Origin: an uncultured Clostridia bacterium
GTDB lineage: Bacteria > Bacillota > Clostridia > UBA1381
Direction of reading: 5' to 3'
Assembly: GCA_934454145.1 (NCBI GenBank)
Contig: CAKSFT010000006.1
Span: forward strand, 65,149 to 129,148
DNA length: 64,000 nucleotides
This document shows positions 8,726 through 18,401 of the stretch, one piece after another. The notes beneath the pieces are model-generated. The model did not search any database and had not been told where the DNA came from. It saw nothing but the letters and a program-made list of their open reading frames with translations. The stretch's first letter is position 1, and each line of letters starts with the position of its first letter. A program made the position numbers and the translations under genes.

Positions 8726-9727
8726 TTATACAATAAATCCGACTTTCTTCTTTACTTTATTCAGAGTCCTTGCCGCCATCTTTGCGGCTTTTTCCGCTCC
8801 GTTTTTATAAACCGATTCCAGATAATCTTTGTTATTCGAGAGTTCATCATACTTCTCACGTATTGGACGTATATGCTCCACAACCGCCTCTGCAATATCG
8901 CTCTTAAATTCACCATAGCCCTTGCCGCTGTATTCTTTTGCGACTTGCTCAATTGTTTTCCCGGTCACCGCCGCCATGATACTTATCAGATTATTTACGC
9001 CTGCTTTTTCCGGGTCATTCTCTCTGTATTCAATGATACCCTCACTGTCTGTGGTTGCACTTTTTATCTTTTTGGCAATCACATTAAAATCGTCAAGCAT
9101 AGAGATGTAGCCCTTCGGATTCGGGTCAGACTTTGACATCTTTTTTGTCGGCTCTGTCAGGCTCATTATCTTTGCGCCCGACTTGGTCACAAACCCCTCC
9201 GGGATTGTAAACACATCGCCGTAGATTGCATTAAAACGCTCTGCAATATCCCTTGTTATTTCAAGATGCTGCATCTGGTCTTTACCGACAGGCACCAAAT
9301 CCGCACGGTAAAGCAGAATGTCCGCCGCCATCAGAACGGGATATGTAAAAAGCCCGGCGTTTATATTGTCTGCATGGCGTTTTGATTTATCCTTAAACTG
9401 CGTCATTCTCGAAAGCTCGCCCATATAGGTGAAACAATTCAGAATCCACGCAAGCTCTGCATGCGCCGAAACGTGTGACTGCATAAAGAGCAGATTTTCC
9501 TCCGGGTCTATTCCGCAGGCTATATAAAGCTTCAGCAAATCAAGCGAGCGCTTGCGGAGTTCTGCCGGGTTTTGGCGCACCGTAATCGCATGCATGTCAA
9601 CAATTGAATAACAGCAATGATAATCATACTGCAAATCCACCCAATTCTTCAGGGCGCCCAGATAATTCCCGAGTGTTATCACACCCGAGGGCTGTATCCC
9701 CGAAAATATTATTTTTTTATCATCCAT
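8726..9727 (-). CDS. trpS: Tryptophan--tRNA ligase
   Basis: 333 aa. FSGIQPSG..TLGNYLGA and KMSKS motifs. Confidence 0.93.
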   Translation of the reverse strand: MDDKKIIFSGIQPSGVITLGNYLGALKNWVDLQYDYHCCYSIVDMHAITVRQNPAELRKRSLDLLKLYIACGIDPEENLLFMQSHVSAHAELAWILNCFTYMGELSRMTQFKDKSKRHADNINAGLFTYPVLMAADILLYRADLVPVGKDQMQHLEITRDIAERFNAIYGDVFTIPEGFVTKSGAKIMSLTEPTKKMSKSDPNPKGYISMLDDFNVIAKKIKSATTDSEGIIEYRENDPEKAGVNNLISIMAAVTGKTIEQVAKEYSGKGYGEFKSDIAEAVVEHIRPIREKYDELSNNKDYLESVYKNGAEKAAKMAARTLNKVKKKVGFIV

Positions 9728-9799
9728 TTTTTATACCTTTTCCTTTCTGTGCCGCGGCAAAAGCAAATCATGTGCCTCTGCGCGCAATCTGCATATTTT

Positions 9800-10996
9800 T
9801 TAGCCCAGGACTTCGCAAAGTGCCTCTCCCAGCCGTCTTATGCCTTCTTCAATCTTTTCCGGCGCGGCAGACGAATAGTTGAGCCTGAACATATTTGAAG
9901 GCGCGCTCATGTCAACCGCAAAGTTTGAACCCGGCACAATTGCCACCTTCTTCTCAAGCGCCTTGTCCACAACCGGGGAGATGTCGTCCAGCTCCGGACA
10001 TTCACACCACAGGAAAATTCCGCCCTCGGGGACTGTCCATTTCACCTTGCCCTTGGGGAAATATTTTTCCATTGCAGAAAGCATGACATCACATTTTTTT
10101 CCGTAAAGCTGCCTGTTTTTCTCTATATAGTCGTCAATGTTGTATTTTTTCATAAATTCCACGCACATCATCTGTGTCAGCACCGGTGTGTGCACGTCAT
10201 TGACCTGTTTCAGAATCTCCACCTTTTCCAGCAATGCCTTTGCACCCACAACATAACCCAGACGCATGCCGGGCGAGAGTATCTTCGAGAAGGAACCCAC
10301 ATAAACAACCCTGTCCTCGGTGTCAAGAGATTTCAGCGTGGGCACATCGTCACCCTTGAATCTCAAATCCCCGTATGGGTTGTCCTCCACAACAACCACG
10401 TCATATTTGTTTGCCAGTTCTATAAGGCGTTTTCTCTTTCCAAGCGACATTGTCGTGCCCGTCGGGTTCTGGAAGGTCGGAATCGTGTAGAGCATCTTGA
10501 TTCCGTCATTATTTTGCAGTGTTTTTTCCAGTTCGTCCATGTTCATTCCGTCCGCTTCGACAGTCACGCCCAAAAGCTCTGCCTCATATGTCCTGAAGGC
10601 GTTCAGACTCCCGATAAAGCTCGGGCTTTCCACAATTATTTTGTCACCCTTGTTTATCAGTGCTTTTGCGGTCAGGTCAATCCCCTGGTTTGCACCGGTC
10701 ATAATCAAAACACTGTCGCCTTCTTTGTACGCACCGACCTTTTTCGCACGCGAAAGCGCCGCGTCCTTCATGCCGGGTGTCCCGTCGGTTGTGCCGTACT
10801 GCAAAGCCCCCGTGGGGTTTGTCATCAATATCTTCCCGGCGATTTTTGAAAGTTCTTCCCCCGGGAAAAGCTCTGATGCCGGGTTTCCCCCCGCAAGCGA
10901 AATAATCTCCGGATCCTGCATACGTTTAAACATTTCTCTTATCGCAGACCCTTTCATGGGTTTCACGCGGTCTGCATAAAATTTTTCATAATTCAT
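9800..10996 (-). CDS. PLP-dependent aminotransferase (class I/II fold)
   Basis: SAIREMF...LAGGNP...YTIPTFQNPTG...SFSKILSPGMRLGY pattern. I prefer the start at MNYEKF (GGAGA 8 nt upstream) over the track start at 11056. Confidence 0.8.
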   Translation of the reverse strand: MNYEKFYADRVKPMKGSAIREMFKRMQDPEIISLAGGNPASELFPGEELSKIAGKILMTNPTGALQYGTTDGTPGMKDAALSRAKKVGAYKEGDSVLIMTGANQGIDLTAKALINKGDKIIVESPSFIGSLNAFRTYEAELLGVTVEADGMNMDELEKTLQNNDGIKMLYTIPTFQNPTGTTMSLGKRKRLIELANKYDVVVVEDNPYGDLRFKGDDVPTLKSLDTEDRVVYVGSFSKILSPGMRLGYVVGAKALLEKVEILKQVNDVHTPVLTQMMCVEFMKKYNIDDYIEKNRQLYGKKCDVMLSAMEKYFPKGKVKWTVPEGGIFLWCECPELDDISPVVDKALEKKVAIVPGSNFAVDMSAPSNMFRLNYSSAAPEKIEEGIRRLGEALCEVLG

Positions 10997-11093
10997 AATA
11001 TTCATCTCCATTTTGTTTTGGGCAGTGTCAAAGACACTCCGTTTTCCCTTGTCCATTCGGTCGGTTTTATATACAGCATTGATATTTTCATTG

Positions 11094-12770
11094 TCATTTG
11101 TTGACCTTTGCCCACGAATCCTTCAGCGCAACAGTGCGGTTGAATATCTTTTTGTCATCTGTGCTGTCTTTGTCCACGCAGAAATAGCCAAGGCGCATAA
11201 ACTGGAAACAGTCCCCCGCTTTTGCGTCTTTCAGGTTACTTTCAAGCTTGCAGTTTTTCAAAACCTTCACAGAGTCCGGGTTCAGATTTTCGGTGAAGCT
11301 CCCCACCTTGCTTTCGTCAGAAGGGTTTTCCACATTAAACAAACGGTCATACAGGCGCACCTCCGCATCTGCCGCATGCTCTGCACTTACCCAGTGAATC
11401 GTACCGCGCACCTTTCTCCCGTCGGGGGTCTGTCCGCCGCGGCTTTCGGGGTCATATGTGCAGTGTATTGCCGTGATGTTGCCGTTTTCATCCTTGTCGA
11501 CAGAAGTGCATGTGACATAATATGCGCCCTTGAGTCTGACCTCATTGCCCGGGAACATTCTGAAATATTTTTTCGGCGGCTCTTCCATAAAGTCGTCGCG
11601 CTCTATATAAAGTTCTCTCGAGAAAGTGACACCCCTGGTGCCTGCCTCCGGGTTTTCGGGGTTGACCTCAACCGTGATTTCTTCGGTCTTACCTTGCGGG
11701 TAATTGTCCACAATGAGCTTTACCGGGTCTAAAACCGCCATAGCGCGCGGCGCTGTTTTGTTCAAGTCCTCTCTCACGCAATGCTCCAGAAGCCCAAACT
11801 CAATCACGCTGTTTGCCTTTGCGACGCCGATTCTTTCGCAGAAGTCGCGGATTGCCGCGGCGGTATATCCTCTTCTTCTCATGCCGCAGAGCGTGCCCAT
11901 TCTCGGGTCGTCCCAGCCCGAAACAATCCCGTCCGCGACAAGTTTCAGGCACTTCCTTTTGCTGGTCAGGGTATAATTCAGATTCATTCTTGCAAATTCA
12001 ATCTGACGCGAAGGTTTTTCATATTCCAGTTCTCTCAAAACCCAATCATACAAAGGTCTGTGATCCTCAAATTCCAGCGAACACAACGAATGTGTAACAC
12101 CCTCCACCGTGTCGGATATCGGGTGTGCAAAATCATACATCGGATATACACACCATTTGTCGCCCGTCCTGTGGTGATGCGCATGCATTATGCGGTATAT
12201 AACAGGGTCGCGCATATTGAGGTTTGGCGATGACATATCAATCTTTGCCCTCAGAACCTTTGCCCCGTTCTCAAATTCGCCTTTTGTCATGCGGTCAAAC
12301 AATTCCAGGTTTTCTTCGGCACTTCTGTTTCTGAAAGGGCTTTCCTTTCCGGGCGAGGTGAGCGTGCCCCGATATTCCCTTATCTCGTCGGCGCTCAGGT
12401 CGTCCACAAATGCTTTCCCCTTTTTTATAAGTTTTATCGCCGCGGCATAGATGTCGTCAAAATAATCTGACGCATAAAGCACCTTGTCCCACTCAAAGCC
12501 AAGCCACTTTATGTCCTCCATAATTGCATCGACATATTCCACGTCTTCTTTTGTCGGGTTTGTATCGTCAAGGCGCAGGTTGCAGGTGCCGCCGTATTTT
12601 TCCGCTGTCCCGAAATCAATGCAGATTGCCTTTGCGTGTCCTATATGCAGATACCCGTTCGGCTCGGGCGGAAATCTTGTCTGCACTCTGTCATACACCC
12701 CGTCCGCCAAATCCTTGTTTATCGCCTCATGTATAAAATTGGTACCTATATTTTCTCTGTTTTCTTCCAT
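11094..12770 (-). CDS. glnS: Glutamine--tRNA ligase
   Basis: 558 aa. [18 protein letters not shown], with the GlnRS-type anticodon-binding C-terminal half. Confidence 0.92.
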   Translation of the reverse strand: MEENRENIGTNFIHEAINKDLADGVYDRVQTRFPPEPNGYLHIGHAKAICIDFGTAEKYGGTCNLRLDDTNPTKEDVEYVDAIMEDIKWLGFEWDKVLYASDYFDDIYAAAIKLIKKGKAFVDDLSADEIREYRGTLTSPGKESPFRNRSAEENLELFDRMTKGEFENGAKVLRAKIDMSSPNLNMRDPVIYRIMHAHHHRTGDKWCVYPMYDFAHPISDTVEGVTHSLCSLEFEDHRPLYDWVLRELEYEKPSRQIEFARMNLNYTLTSKRKCLKLVADGIVSGWDDPRMGTLCGMRRRGYTAAAIRDFCERIGVAKANSVIEFGLLEHCVREDLNKTAPRAMAVLDPVKLIVDNYPQGKTEEITVEVNPENPEAGTRGVTFSRELYIERDDFMEEPPKKYFRMFPGNEVRLKGAYYVTCTSVDKDENGNITAIHCTYDPESRGGQTPDGRKVRGTIHWVSAEHAADAEVRLYDRLFNVENPSDESKVGSFTENLNPDSVKVLKNCKLESNLKDAKAGDCFQFMRLGYFCVDKDSTDDKKIFNRTVALKDSWAKVNK

Positions 12771-12785
12771 AACAAACCGTCCCTT

Positions 12786-14435
12786 CTACAGTGTTTTTAT
12801 CGCCTCGTCAAGTCTTTTTATGACCTCATCTTTTCCCAAAACTTTCAAAATCTGGTGCATATCGGGGGTATTCTTTCTCCCTGTCACGGCAACACGGATA
12901 ATTGTGCTGACATCACCCACATGCCCTTTATAGCTTTCGGGGTCTTTTTTATAAATCTTCGGCGCCTTTGCGTACCCCAGTTCTTCACTCATGCCGCGTA
13001 TTTTTTCAAACCATTCCTCCTGGCTGTCCTCGGGCGAATACAGTGCACAATAGTTTTCTAAAATCGCCTTTATGTCCTCTTTTTTCTGCCCCTCTGGATA
13101 TTCACGCTCTGTGGGTCTTTTATAAAAATATCTTGTATATTCCACAGTGTCTGCCCACTTTTCTATATCCTTACGCGGTTTTTGGTTTCCTCTTTCTATG
13201 CCGAACACAGCCTTGGCATAGTCAGAATCGTTTACAAGCGTTTCATAAAAATCACTGTCATACTCTTTTGCCCACAAAACCGCACTCTCATAAACCTCGT
13301 CCGCCGTCAGCCTTGAAATATAAGTCTTGCTGATATCTGTCAGCTTTGCCAGGTCAAACAGCGCACCTGTTTTGCTCATATTTTTCAGTTTGAAGTCAAA
13401 GCTTTCCAAAGGCTCGTCCGGATTTTCGGTCCGCCATTGTTCATAATTGGAATTTGCAATTGTCGCAAGATATTCCAAAACAGCGCCGTAAGGGTATCCC
13501 TTCTCGTGATAATATTCCACAGATGCCTCCGGGTCTTTGCGCTTTGACAGTTTTCTCTTTCCGCCCGTTTCCTCGTCATGCTTCATTATCGGTGAAATAT
13601 GTGCATAAACAGGCTTTGCAAATCCAAGCAAATCAAAAAGCTGTATGTGAATCGGCGCAGAGGATATCCATTCCTCACCCCTTATCACGTGCGTCGTGCC
13701 CATGAGGTGGTCGTCCACCGCATGCGCAAAATGATATGTCGGGATTCCGTCCGTTTTCAAAAGCACGATGTCCAGAATATTCTCCGGCATTTCGATTTTT
13801 CCCTTTATTGCGTCGTTTAAAACAACTTTTTTGTCCGCTCCCCCGGGTGACCTGAGCCTGACAACATAGCTTTCTCCGTTTTTGATTTTTTCTTCAATTT
13901 CTTCCAAAGAAAGATTGCGGCACTTTGCAAAACTGCCGTAATACCCCGGGAGGAGCTTGTCCTTCTCCTGGTCTTTTCTTATTTCATCAATTTCTTCCGC
14001 CGTGCAAAAACAGGGATACGCAAGCCCCTCTGCCACAAGCTTTTTGCAGAACACATGATAGATATCCTTTCTTGCACTTTGCTGATACGGGCCGTAATCA
14101 CCGACAGATTTGTTTTCCCCCATCATGCCTTCGTCAATCTTTATCCCAAAATCTTTTATTCCCTTTACAATCCCGGTGATTCCGTTTTCCACCTCGCGCT
14201 TTTTGTCGGTGTCTTCAATCCTCAGATAAAACACGCCGCCCGCAGAGTGTGCGGCGCGCTCCGCAACAAACGCCGCAAACAGCCCGCCTATATGCAAAAA
14301 CCCCGTCGGGCTTGGCGCAAACCTCGAAACAACCGCGCCTTCGGGGAGGGGTCTTTTCGGATATTTCGCCTCAATGTCCTCTGTGCTTTGTGTGACCTCC
14401 GGGAACAAAAGTTCTGCCAGCTTCAAATTATCCAT
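12786..14435 (-). CDS. gltX: Glutamate--tRNA ligase (long form)
   Basis: 549 aa. RFAPSPTGFLHIGGLF...RIEDTD...KLSKRK motifs. Confidence 0.9.
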   Translation of the reverse strand: MDNLKLAELLFPEVTQSTEDIEAKYPKRPLPEGAVVSRFAPSPTGFLHIGGLFAAFVAERAAHSAGGVFYLRIEDTDKKREVENGITGIVKGIKDFGIKIDEGMMGENKSVGDYGPYQQSARKDIYHVFCKKLVAEGLAYPCFCTAEEIDEIRKDQEKDKLLPGYYGSFAKCRNLSLEEIEEKIKNGESYVVRLRSPGGADKKVVLNDAIKGKIEMPENILDIVLLKTDGIPTYHFAHAVDDHLMGTTHVIRGEEWISSAPIHIQLFDLLGFAKPVYAHISPIMKHDEETGGKRKLSKRKDPEASVEYYHEKGYPYGAVLEYLATIANSNYEQWRTENPDEPLESFDFKLKNMSKTGALFDLAKLTDISKTYISRLTADEVYESAVLWAKEYDSDFYETLVNDSDYAKAVFGIERGNQKPRKDIEKWADTVEYTRYFYKRPTEREYPEGQKKEDIKAILENYCALYSPEDSQEEWFEKIRGMSEELGYAKAPKIYKKDPESYKGHVGDVSTIIRVAVTGRKNTPDMHQILKVLGKDEVIKRLDEAIKTL

Positions 14436-14523
14436 AACTTATCTCTCCTTGTTTTTTTTCAAAAAAGCTGCCGCATATAATCCGGCAAAGCATAGTTATC
14501 CATTATTTATGTATACTTTCAAT

Positions 14524-14552
14524 ATTATACCTTTTTTACCCATTAATATCAA
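14524..14552 (-). promoter_or_regulatory. Sigma-70-type promoter for gltX-glnS: TTGATA, 17 nt spacer, TATAAT (minus strand)
   Basis: Reverse complement of 14547-14552 is TTGATA. Spacer is 17 nt. Reverse complement of 14524-14529 is TATAAT. It lies ~90 nt upstream of the gltX ATG. Confidence 0.6.
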
Positions 14553-14613
14553 GCATTTTTGCCAAAAAAAATGCTATAATATGAAAAACCGGGTATGTAC
14601 GGCTTTTTTTAGG

Positions 14614-15111
14614 TTATTTTATACAACATTCACGGCTTTTTTCAAAAGCAATCCTCTCTGTGCCGTCGTCCGGCATATAAATCTTTCCGCAATACTTAAA
14701 GCCATGTTTTTTTATAAGCCTCTGCATCGGGACATTGTCAGCATGCGTATCAATCCTTATGTGCGGATACATACCAAAACAATAGTCAAGGCAAAATCCC
14801 CCTGTGCCTTTTTTTACAGAAGCAATGCGGTGCACAACTCCGTATTCACTGTGGTCCCCCCAGCCCCCTTCATAAATGTGCTTATACACACTGTCCCTGC
14901 CGACTTTAAAATAAAATACGCCGACAATCTTATCTTCATCAAGGCAAACATAGCTCGCTCCGTCTGCAATGTCGCCCAAAACCATTTCTTCCGGCGGATA
15001 TACAGTGCCCCACTGCGACGGATTCCCATGTTCTGCCATGAACCGCTGTGCCGCACGGTAAATCTCCATCACTCTCTCAAAATCTTTTTTTGCTGTTTTG
15101 CGTATTTCCAT
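14614..15111 (-). CDS. GNAT family N-acetyltransferase
   Basis: 165 aa. The size and the ...IVGVFYF...RIASVKKGTGG...N..MQRLIKKHGF pattern fit the GNAT fold. Confidence 0.75.
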   Translation of the reverse strand: MEIRKTAKKDFERVMEIYRAAQRFMAEHGNPSQWGTVYPPEEMVLGDIADGASYVCLDEDKIVGVFYFKVGRDSVYKHIYEGGWGDHSEYGVVHRIASVKKGTGGFCLDYCFGMYPHIRIDTHADNVPMQRLIKKHGFKYCGKIYMPDDGTERIAFEKSRECCIK

Positions 15112-15144
15112 CTCTCGTCCTCTCCCAAAATTTTATAACTATAT

Positions 15145-15360
15145 GGGTAATTGTAAAACTAACGTTTTTCAATTAAATTTCTTGGGTAGAAATAAAAAGT
15201 TCCATCTGATTTTAACTTTACGACAGGCCGAAACTTTTTATTTCAGCCAAAAATGACGCACATGCCGTCATTTTTGATTGCCAATCAGGGGGGTTGGCAC
15301 CCCCGATACTCCCGCAAAGATGCGGTAGGTAATTGTAAAATTTACATTTTACAATTACCT
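15145..15360. mobile_element. MITE-like non-coding element, family P copy A (216 nt)
   Basis: The two ends are inverted palindromes: GTAATTGTAAAAC... and ...AGGTAATTGTAAAAT-ttac-ATTTTACAATTACCT. At least 4 internal stem-loops. Flanked by the identical 15-mer ATTTTATAACTATAT at 15130-15144 and 15361-15375. Confidence 0.7.
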
Positions 15361-15459
15361 ATTTTATAACTATATTCTAACATATGATACCGCAAATTTC
15401 AAGATTATCTTTGCCGTGCCGAAAAAACATGGCCAAATATATTTTTTTCAAAAAAATAC

Positions 15460-15488
15460 TTGACATTTCGACTTTTTTCTGTTACAAT
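15460..15488 (+). promoter_or_regulatory. Sigma-70-type promoter for ylxM-ffh: TTGACA, 17 nt spacer, TACAAT
   Basis: TTGACA at 15460-15465, 17-nt spacer, TACAAT at 15483-15488. Confidence 0.65.
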
Positions 15489-15540
15489 AAAATGCGTTGT
15501 AAAGGTTATGGGCTTTACAAGGACGGAGAGTGATATAAAA

Positions 15541-15873
15541 ATGAGCAAAGATTTGTCAGTAAATATGCTTATGGATTTTTATGCCGAGCTTCTCACCGAC
15601 AAACAACAAGAGGCGCTTGGACTCTACTATGACGATGATTTTTCGCTTGCGGAAATCGCCCAGCACATGGACATATCACGCCAGGGTGTGCGCGACTTTA
15701 TAAAGCGCGGCGAAAAACAGCTTTTTGAATTTGAAGAATGTCTTGGTCTGGCAAAGCGTTTTGATTGTATCACAAAAGAAGTTCTCAAAATGGAAAAACT
15801 CATCAAAGCACTCCCCAAAAAGGACAATGAAAAGCTTTCGGAACAGCTTGAAAACATAAAAAAATATCTATAA
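15541..15873 (+). CDS. ylxM: YlxM/p13-like putative DNA-binding protein (UPF0122)
   Basis: LLTDKQQEALGLYYDDDFSLAEIAQHMDISRQGVRDFIKR is the sigma-70 region-4-like HTH of YlxM. The gene sits directly upstream of ffh, as is usual. Start at the ATG at 15541 (GGAGAG SD). Confidence 0.85.
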   Translation: MSKDLSVNMLMDFYAELLTDKQQEALGLYYDDDFSLAEIAQHMDISRQGVRDFIKRGEKQLFEFEECLGLAKRFDCITKEVLKMEKLIKALPKKDNEKLSEQLENIKKYL

Positions 15874-15874
15874 T

Positions 15875-15907
15875 AGGTAAGGTAAAACGTAAATTTTACA
15901 ACTACCT
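15875..15907. repeat. Solo, partly decayed family P palindrome in the ylxM-ffh spacer
   Basis: AGGTAAGGTAAAAC-gtaa-ATTTTACAACTACCT. Flanked by AAATATCTATAA at 15862-15873 and 15909-15920. Confidence 0.65.
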
Positions 15908-15938
15908 GAAATATCTATAAATTAAGGAGGGTGAGCAT

Positions 15939-17288
15939 ATGGCATTTGAAAACCTGGGCGACAAACTGCAAGGCGTTTTCAAGCGTCTGCGCGGCAAGGG
16001 AAAACTCACCGAAAAAGACATCAAGGATGCCATGCGCGAGGTCAAGCTTGCGCTGCTTGAGGCGGACGTAAACTTCAAAGTTGTAAAAAACTTTGTTTCT
16101 TCTGTATCGGAAAAAGCTTTGGGACAGCAGATACTCGAATCACTCACCCCATCGCAGCAACTTATAAAAATTGTGCGTGACGAGCTTATAGAGCTTATGG
16201 GCAGCGAAAATGAGCAGTTATCCTATGCCAAAAATCCGCCGACAGTATACATGATGTGCGGTCTGCAAGGCGCCGGGAAAACGACGGCTTCGGGGAAGCT
16301 TGCCCTTTCGCTGAGGAAGGCTTTCGGCAAGCGTCCGCTTATGGCAGCATGCGACGTACAGCGCCCCGCCGCCATAAAGCAATTGCAGGTTTTGGGCGCA
16401 CAGATTGATGTGCCCGTCTTTTCAATCGAAGGCGAAAAAGACCCAGTCAAAATTGCAAAAGAGGCAATTGCGCACGCAAAAAAGCATGGCAATGACCCGG
16501 TTATCATAGATACCGCCGGGCGTTTGCATATAGATGAAGTCCTGATGGAAGAACTCCGGAAAATCAAAGAGGAAACCAACCCGACCGAGATACTCCTTGT
16601 TGTCGATGCGATGACGGGACAGGACGCCGTAAACGTTGCGGAGCACTTTAATTCTCAGCTTGACATCACAGGCGTCATTCTCTCAAAACTTGACGGCGAC
16701 ACAAGAGGCGGCGCTGCAATTTCGGTCAAGGCAATAACGGGAAAACCGATTAAGTTTTCTTCGGTCGGCGAAAAGCTTTCCGACTGGGAGGTTTTTCACC
16801 CGGAACGAATGGCAAGCCGAATCCTCGGCATGGGCGACGTGATGACTCTCATCGACAAAGCGCAGGAGGCTTTTGACGAAAAGGAGGCGGCGGCGCTTGA
16901 GAACAAAATCAAAAAGCAGTCGTTTGACCTGGAAGATTTTCTTGCACAATTGCAGCAAATCAAAAAAATGGGGCCTCTGTCACAGCTTATGCGCATGATT
17001 CCGGGCATTGACAAAAAGGCATTGGATTCCATCGACATTGAGGACGGAGAAAACCGCATGAAACGCATAGAGGCCATCATACGTTCCATGACGCCCGAAG
17101 AACGGCAAAAGCCGCAGATTATCGGAGCAAACAGAAAAATACGTATAGCCAAAGGGAGCGGCACGAAGGTACAGGACGTCAACGCACTCCTGAAACAGTT
17201 TGACCAAATGAAACAGATGATGAAACAGTTCACAAATCCGCGCCAGCAAAAAATGCTTAAGCGCATGCAGAAACTGAGCGGAAAATAA
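15939..17288 (+). CDS. ffh: Signal recognition particle protein Ffh
   Basis: 449 aa. GLQGAGKTT, DTAGR and a Met-rich M-domain at the C-terminus. Confidence 0.95.
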   Translation: MAFENLGDKLQGVFKRLRGKGKLTEKDIKDAMREVKLALLEADVNFKVVKNFVSSVSEKALGQQILESLTPSQQLIKIVRDELIELMGSENEQLSYAKNPPTVYMMCGLQGAGKTTASGKLALSLRKAFGKRPLMAACDVQRPAAIKQLQVLGAQIDVPVFSIEGEKDPVKIAKEAIAHAKKHGNDPVIIDTAGRLHIDEVLMEELRKIKEETNPTEILLVVDAMTGQDAVNVAEHFNSQLDITGVILSKLDGDTRGGAAISVKAITGKPIKFSSVGEKLSDWEVFHPERMASRILGMGDVMTLIDKAQEAFDEKEAAALENKIKKQSFDLEDFLAQLQQIKKMGPLSQLMRMIPGIDKKALDSIDIEDGENRMKRIEAIIRSMTPEERQKPQIIGANRKIRIAKGSGTKVQDVNALLKQFDQMKQMMKQFTNPRQQKMLKRMQKLSGK

Positions 17289-17345
17289 TGCTATTGAAAG
17301 CTTTACGGCTTACAATATATAAAAATTTAACGGAGGTAAACAAAA

Positions 17346-17588
17346 ATGGCAGTTAAAATCAGATTGAAGAGAATGGGTGCAAAGAAGGCTCCTTTTTATA
17401 GAGTTGTAGTTGCAGATTCAAGATACCCAAGAGACGGCAGATTTATCGAAGAAATCGGTACATTCAATCCTTTGACAGACCCGGCTGAAATCAAAATTGA
17501 TGCGGATTTGGCAAAGAAATGGATTGGCAACGGCGCTCAGCCTACAGACACCGTAAAAGCTCTTCTCAAGAAATCCGGCATTATCTAA
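17346..17588 (+). CDS. rpsP: 30S ribosomal protein S16
   Basis: [26 protein letters not shown] is a canonical bS16 start. Confidence 0.95.
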   Translation: MAVKIRLKRMGAKKAPFYRVVVADSRYPRDGRFIEEIGTFNPLTDPAEIKIDADLAKKWIGNGAQPTDTVKALLKKSGII

Positions 17589-17602
17589 GGAGGGTTCAAA
17601 AC

Positions 17603-17830
17603 GTGAAAGAGGTTTTGGAAGTTATCGCAAAATCACTTGTCGACAACCCGGACGAAGTAGACATCACCGAAATTGACGGTGACGGTTCCACAACTCTGGA
17701 GCTGAGAGTTGCCGAGAGTGACATGGGCAAAGTTATAGGTAAGCAGGGACGCATCGCCAAGGCTATACGCACTGTTGTCAAAGCAGCCGCAAGCCGCGAA
17801 GACAAACACGTTTCTGTAGAAATCATATAA
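17603..17830 (+). CDS. KH domain RNA-binding protein (YlqC-like)
   Basis: VKEVLEVIAKSLVDNPDEV...GKVIGKQGRIAKAIRTV. GTG start at 17603 with GGAGGG 8 nt upstream. The longer track ORF would overlap rpsP. Confidence 0.85.
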   Translation: MKEVLEVIAKSLVDNPDEVDITEIDGDGSTTLELRVAESDMGKVIGKQGRIAKAIRTVVKAAASREDKHVSVEII

Positions 17831-17841
17831 CCCGCAACGAA

Positions 17842-17873
17842 AATCGTGGTATTGTTTTTACCGCGATTTTTTT
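17842..17873 (+). terminator. Intra-operon hairpin plus T-run between the KH gene and rimM (attenuator or partial terminator)
   Basis: AATCGTGGT...ACCGCGATT (one G-U pair) followed by TTTTT. Confidence 0.4.
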
Positions 17874-17891
17874 ACAGGAAAGGAAAATTTT

Positions 17892-18401
17892 ATGGATTTG
17901 CTTGAAGTCGGAAAAATTGTCAACACACACGGGCTGAAAGGCGAAGTCAAGATTGTGCCTTGGACAGACTCGCCCGATGTTTTTGAGGATTTGGAATATG
18001 TAATTATACACCAAAAAAATCAGGAGAAAAAACTTGATATAACCGGAATAAAATATCAAAAGAACAACATTATAGTAAAATTTTCGGAAATCAACCGTAT
18101 TGAGGACGCCGAGCCCCTGAAAAACCTGGTTGTCCTTGCGCCGCGCGAAATGCTTGGCGAACTGCCGGAGGGCGTATATTATATTGCCGACCTCATCGGG
18201 CTGGGGGTTTTTGACGAAGAAGGCAATATGCTCGGCACGGTTTCCGATGTGTTTTCCACCGGTTCAAACGATGTTTATGAAGTAAAGCGCGAGGGCAAAA
18301 AGAACCTTCTCCTGCCGGTGATAGATGACGTTGTCAAAGAAGTTGACCTGACAAACAAAAAAATCACCGTCCGCCTCATGGAAGGACTGGACGAGTTATG
18401 A
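17892..18401 (+). CDS. rimM: Ribosome maturation factor RimM
   Basis: 169 aa. VGKIVNTHGLKGEVKI and the PRC-barrel C-terminal pattern. Confidence 0.9.
   Translation: MDLLEVGKIVNTHGLKGEVKIVPWTDSPDVFEDLEYVIIHQKNQEKKLDITGIKYQKNNIIVKFSEINRIEDAEPLKNLVVLAPREMLGELPEGVYYIADLIGLGVFDEEGNMLGTVSDVFSTGSNDVYEVKREGKKNLLLPVIDDVVKEVDLTNKKITVRLMEGLDEL

Noticed and set aside
9728-9799. T-box leaders upstream of trpS (9728-9799) and of gltX-glnS (14436-14613).
   Set aside because: The gaps are only 72 and 178 nt. I could find no specifier-loop/T-box (AAUUAGGGUGGUACCGCG-like) sequence and no terminator/antiterminator pair. gltX has a plain consensus promoter about 90 nt upstream.
15145-15907. Possibility that the repeated 33-nt palindromes (AGGTAATTGTAAAAT...ATTTTACAATTACCT) form a CRISPR array.
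   Set aside because: The copies are scattered over 48 kb (15.1, 15.3, 15.9, 37.6, 37.9, 58.6, 58.8 and 62.9 kb). They occur in both orientations with no regular repeat-spacer periodicity, and no cas genes are present. Two copies are simply the ends of a larger repeated unit.
17519-17602. Upstream extension of the KH-domain ORF (track start 17519), which overlaps rpsP by 70 nt.
   Set aside because: The extension is an out-of-frame read-through of the rpsP 3' end. A GTG at 17603 with GGAGGG 8 nt upstream gives the canonical ~75-aa KH protein.
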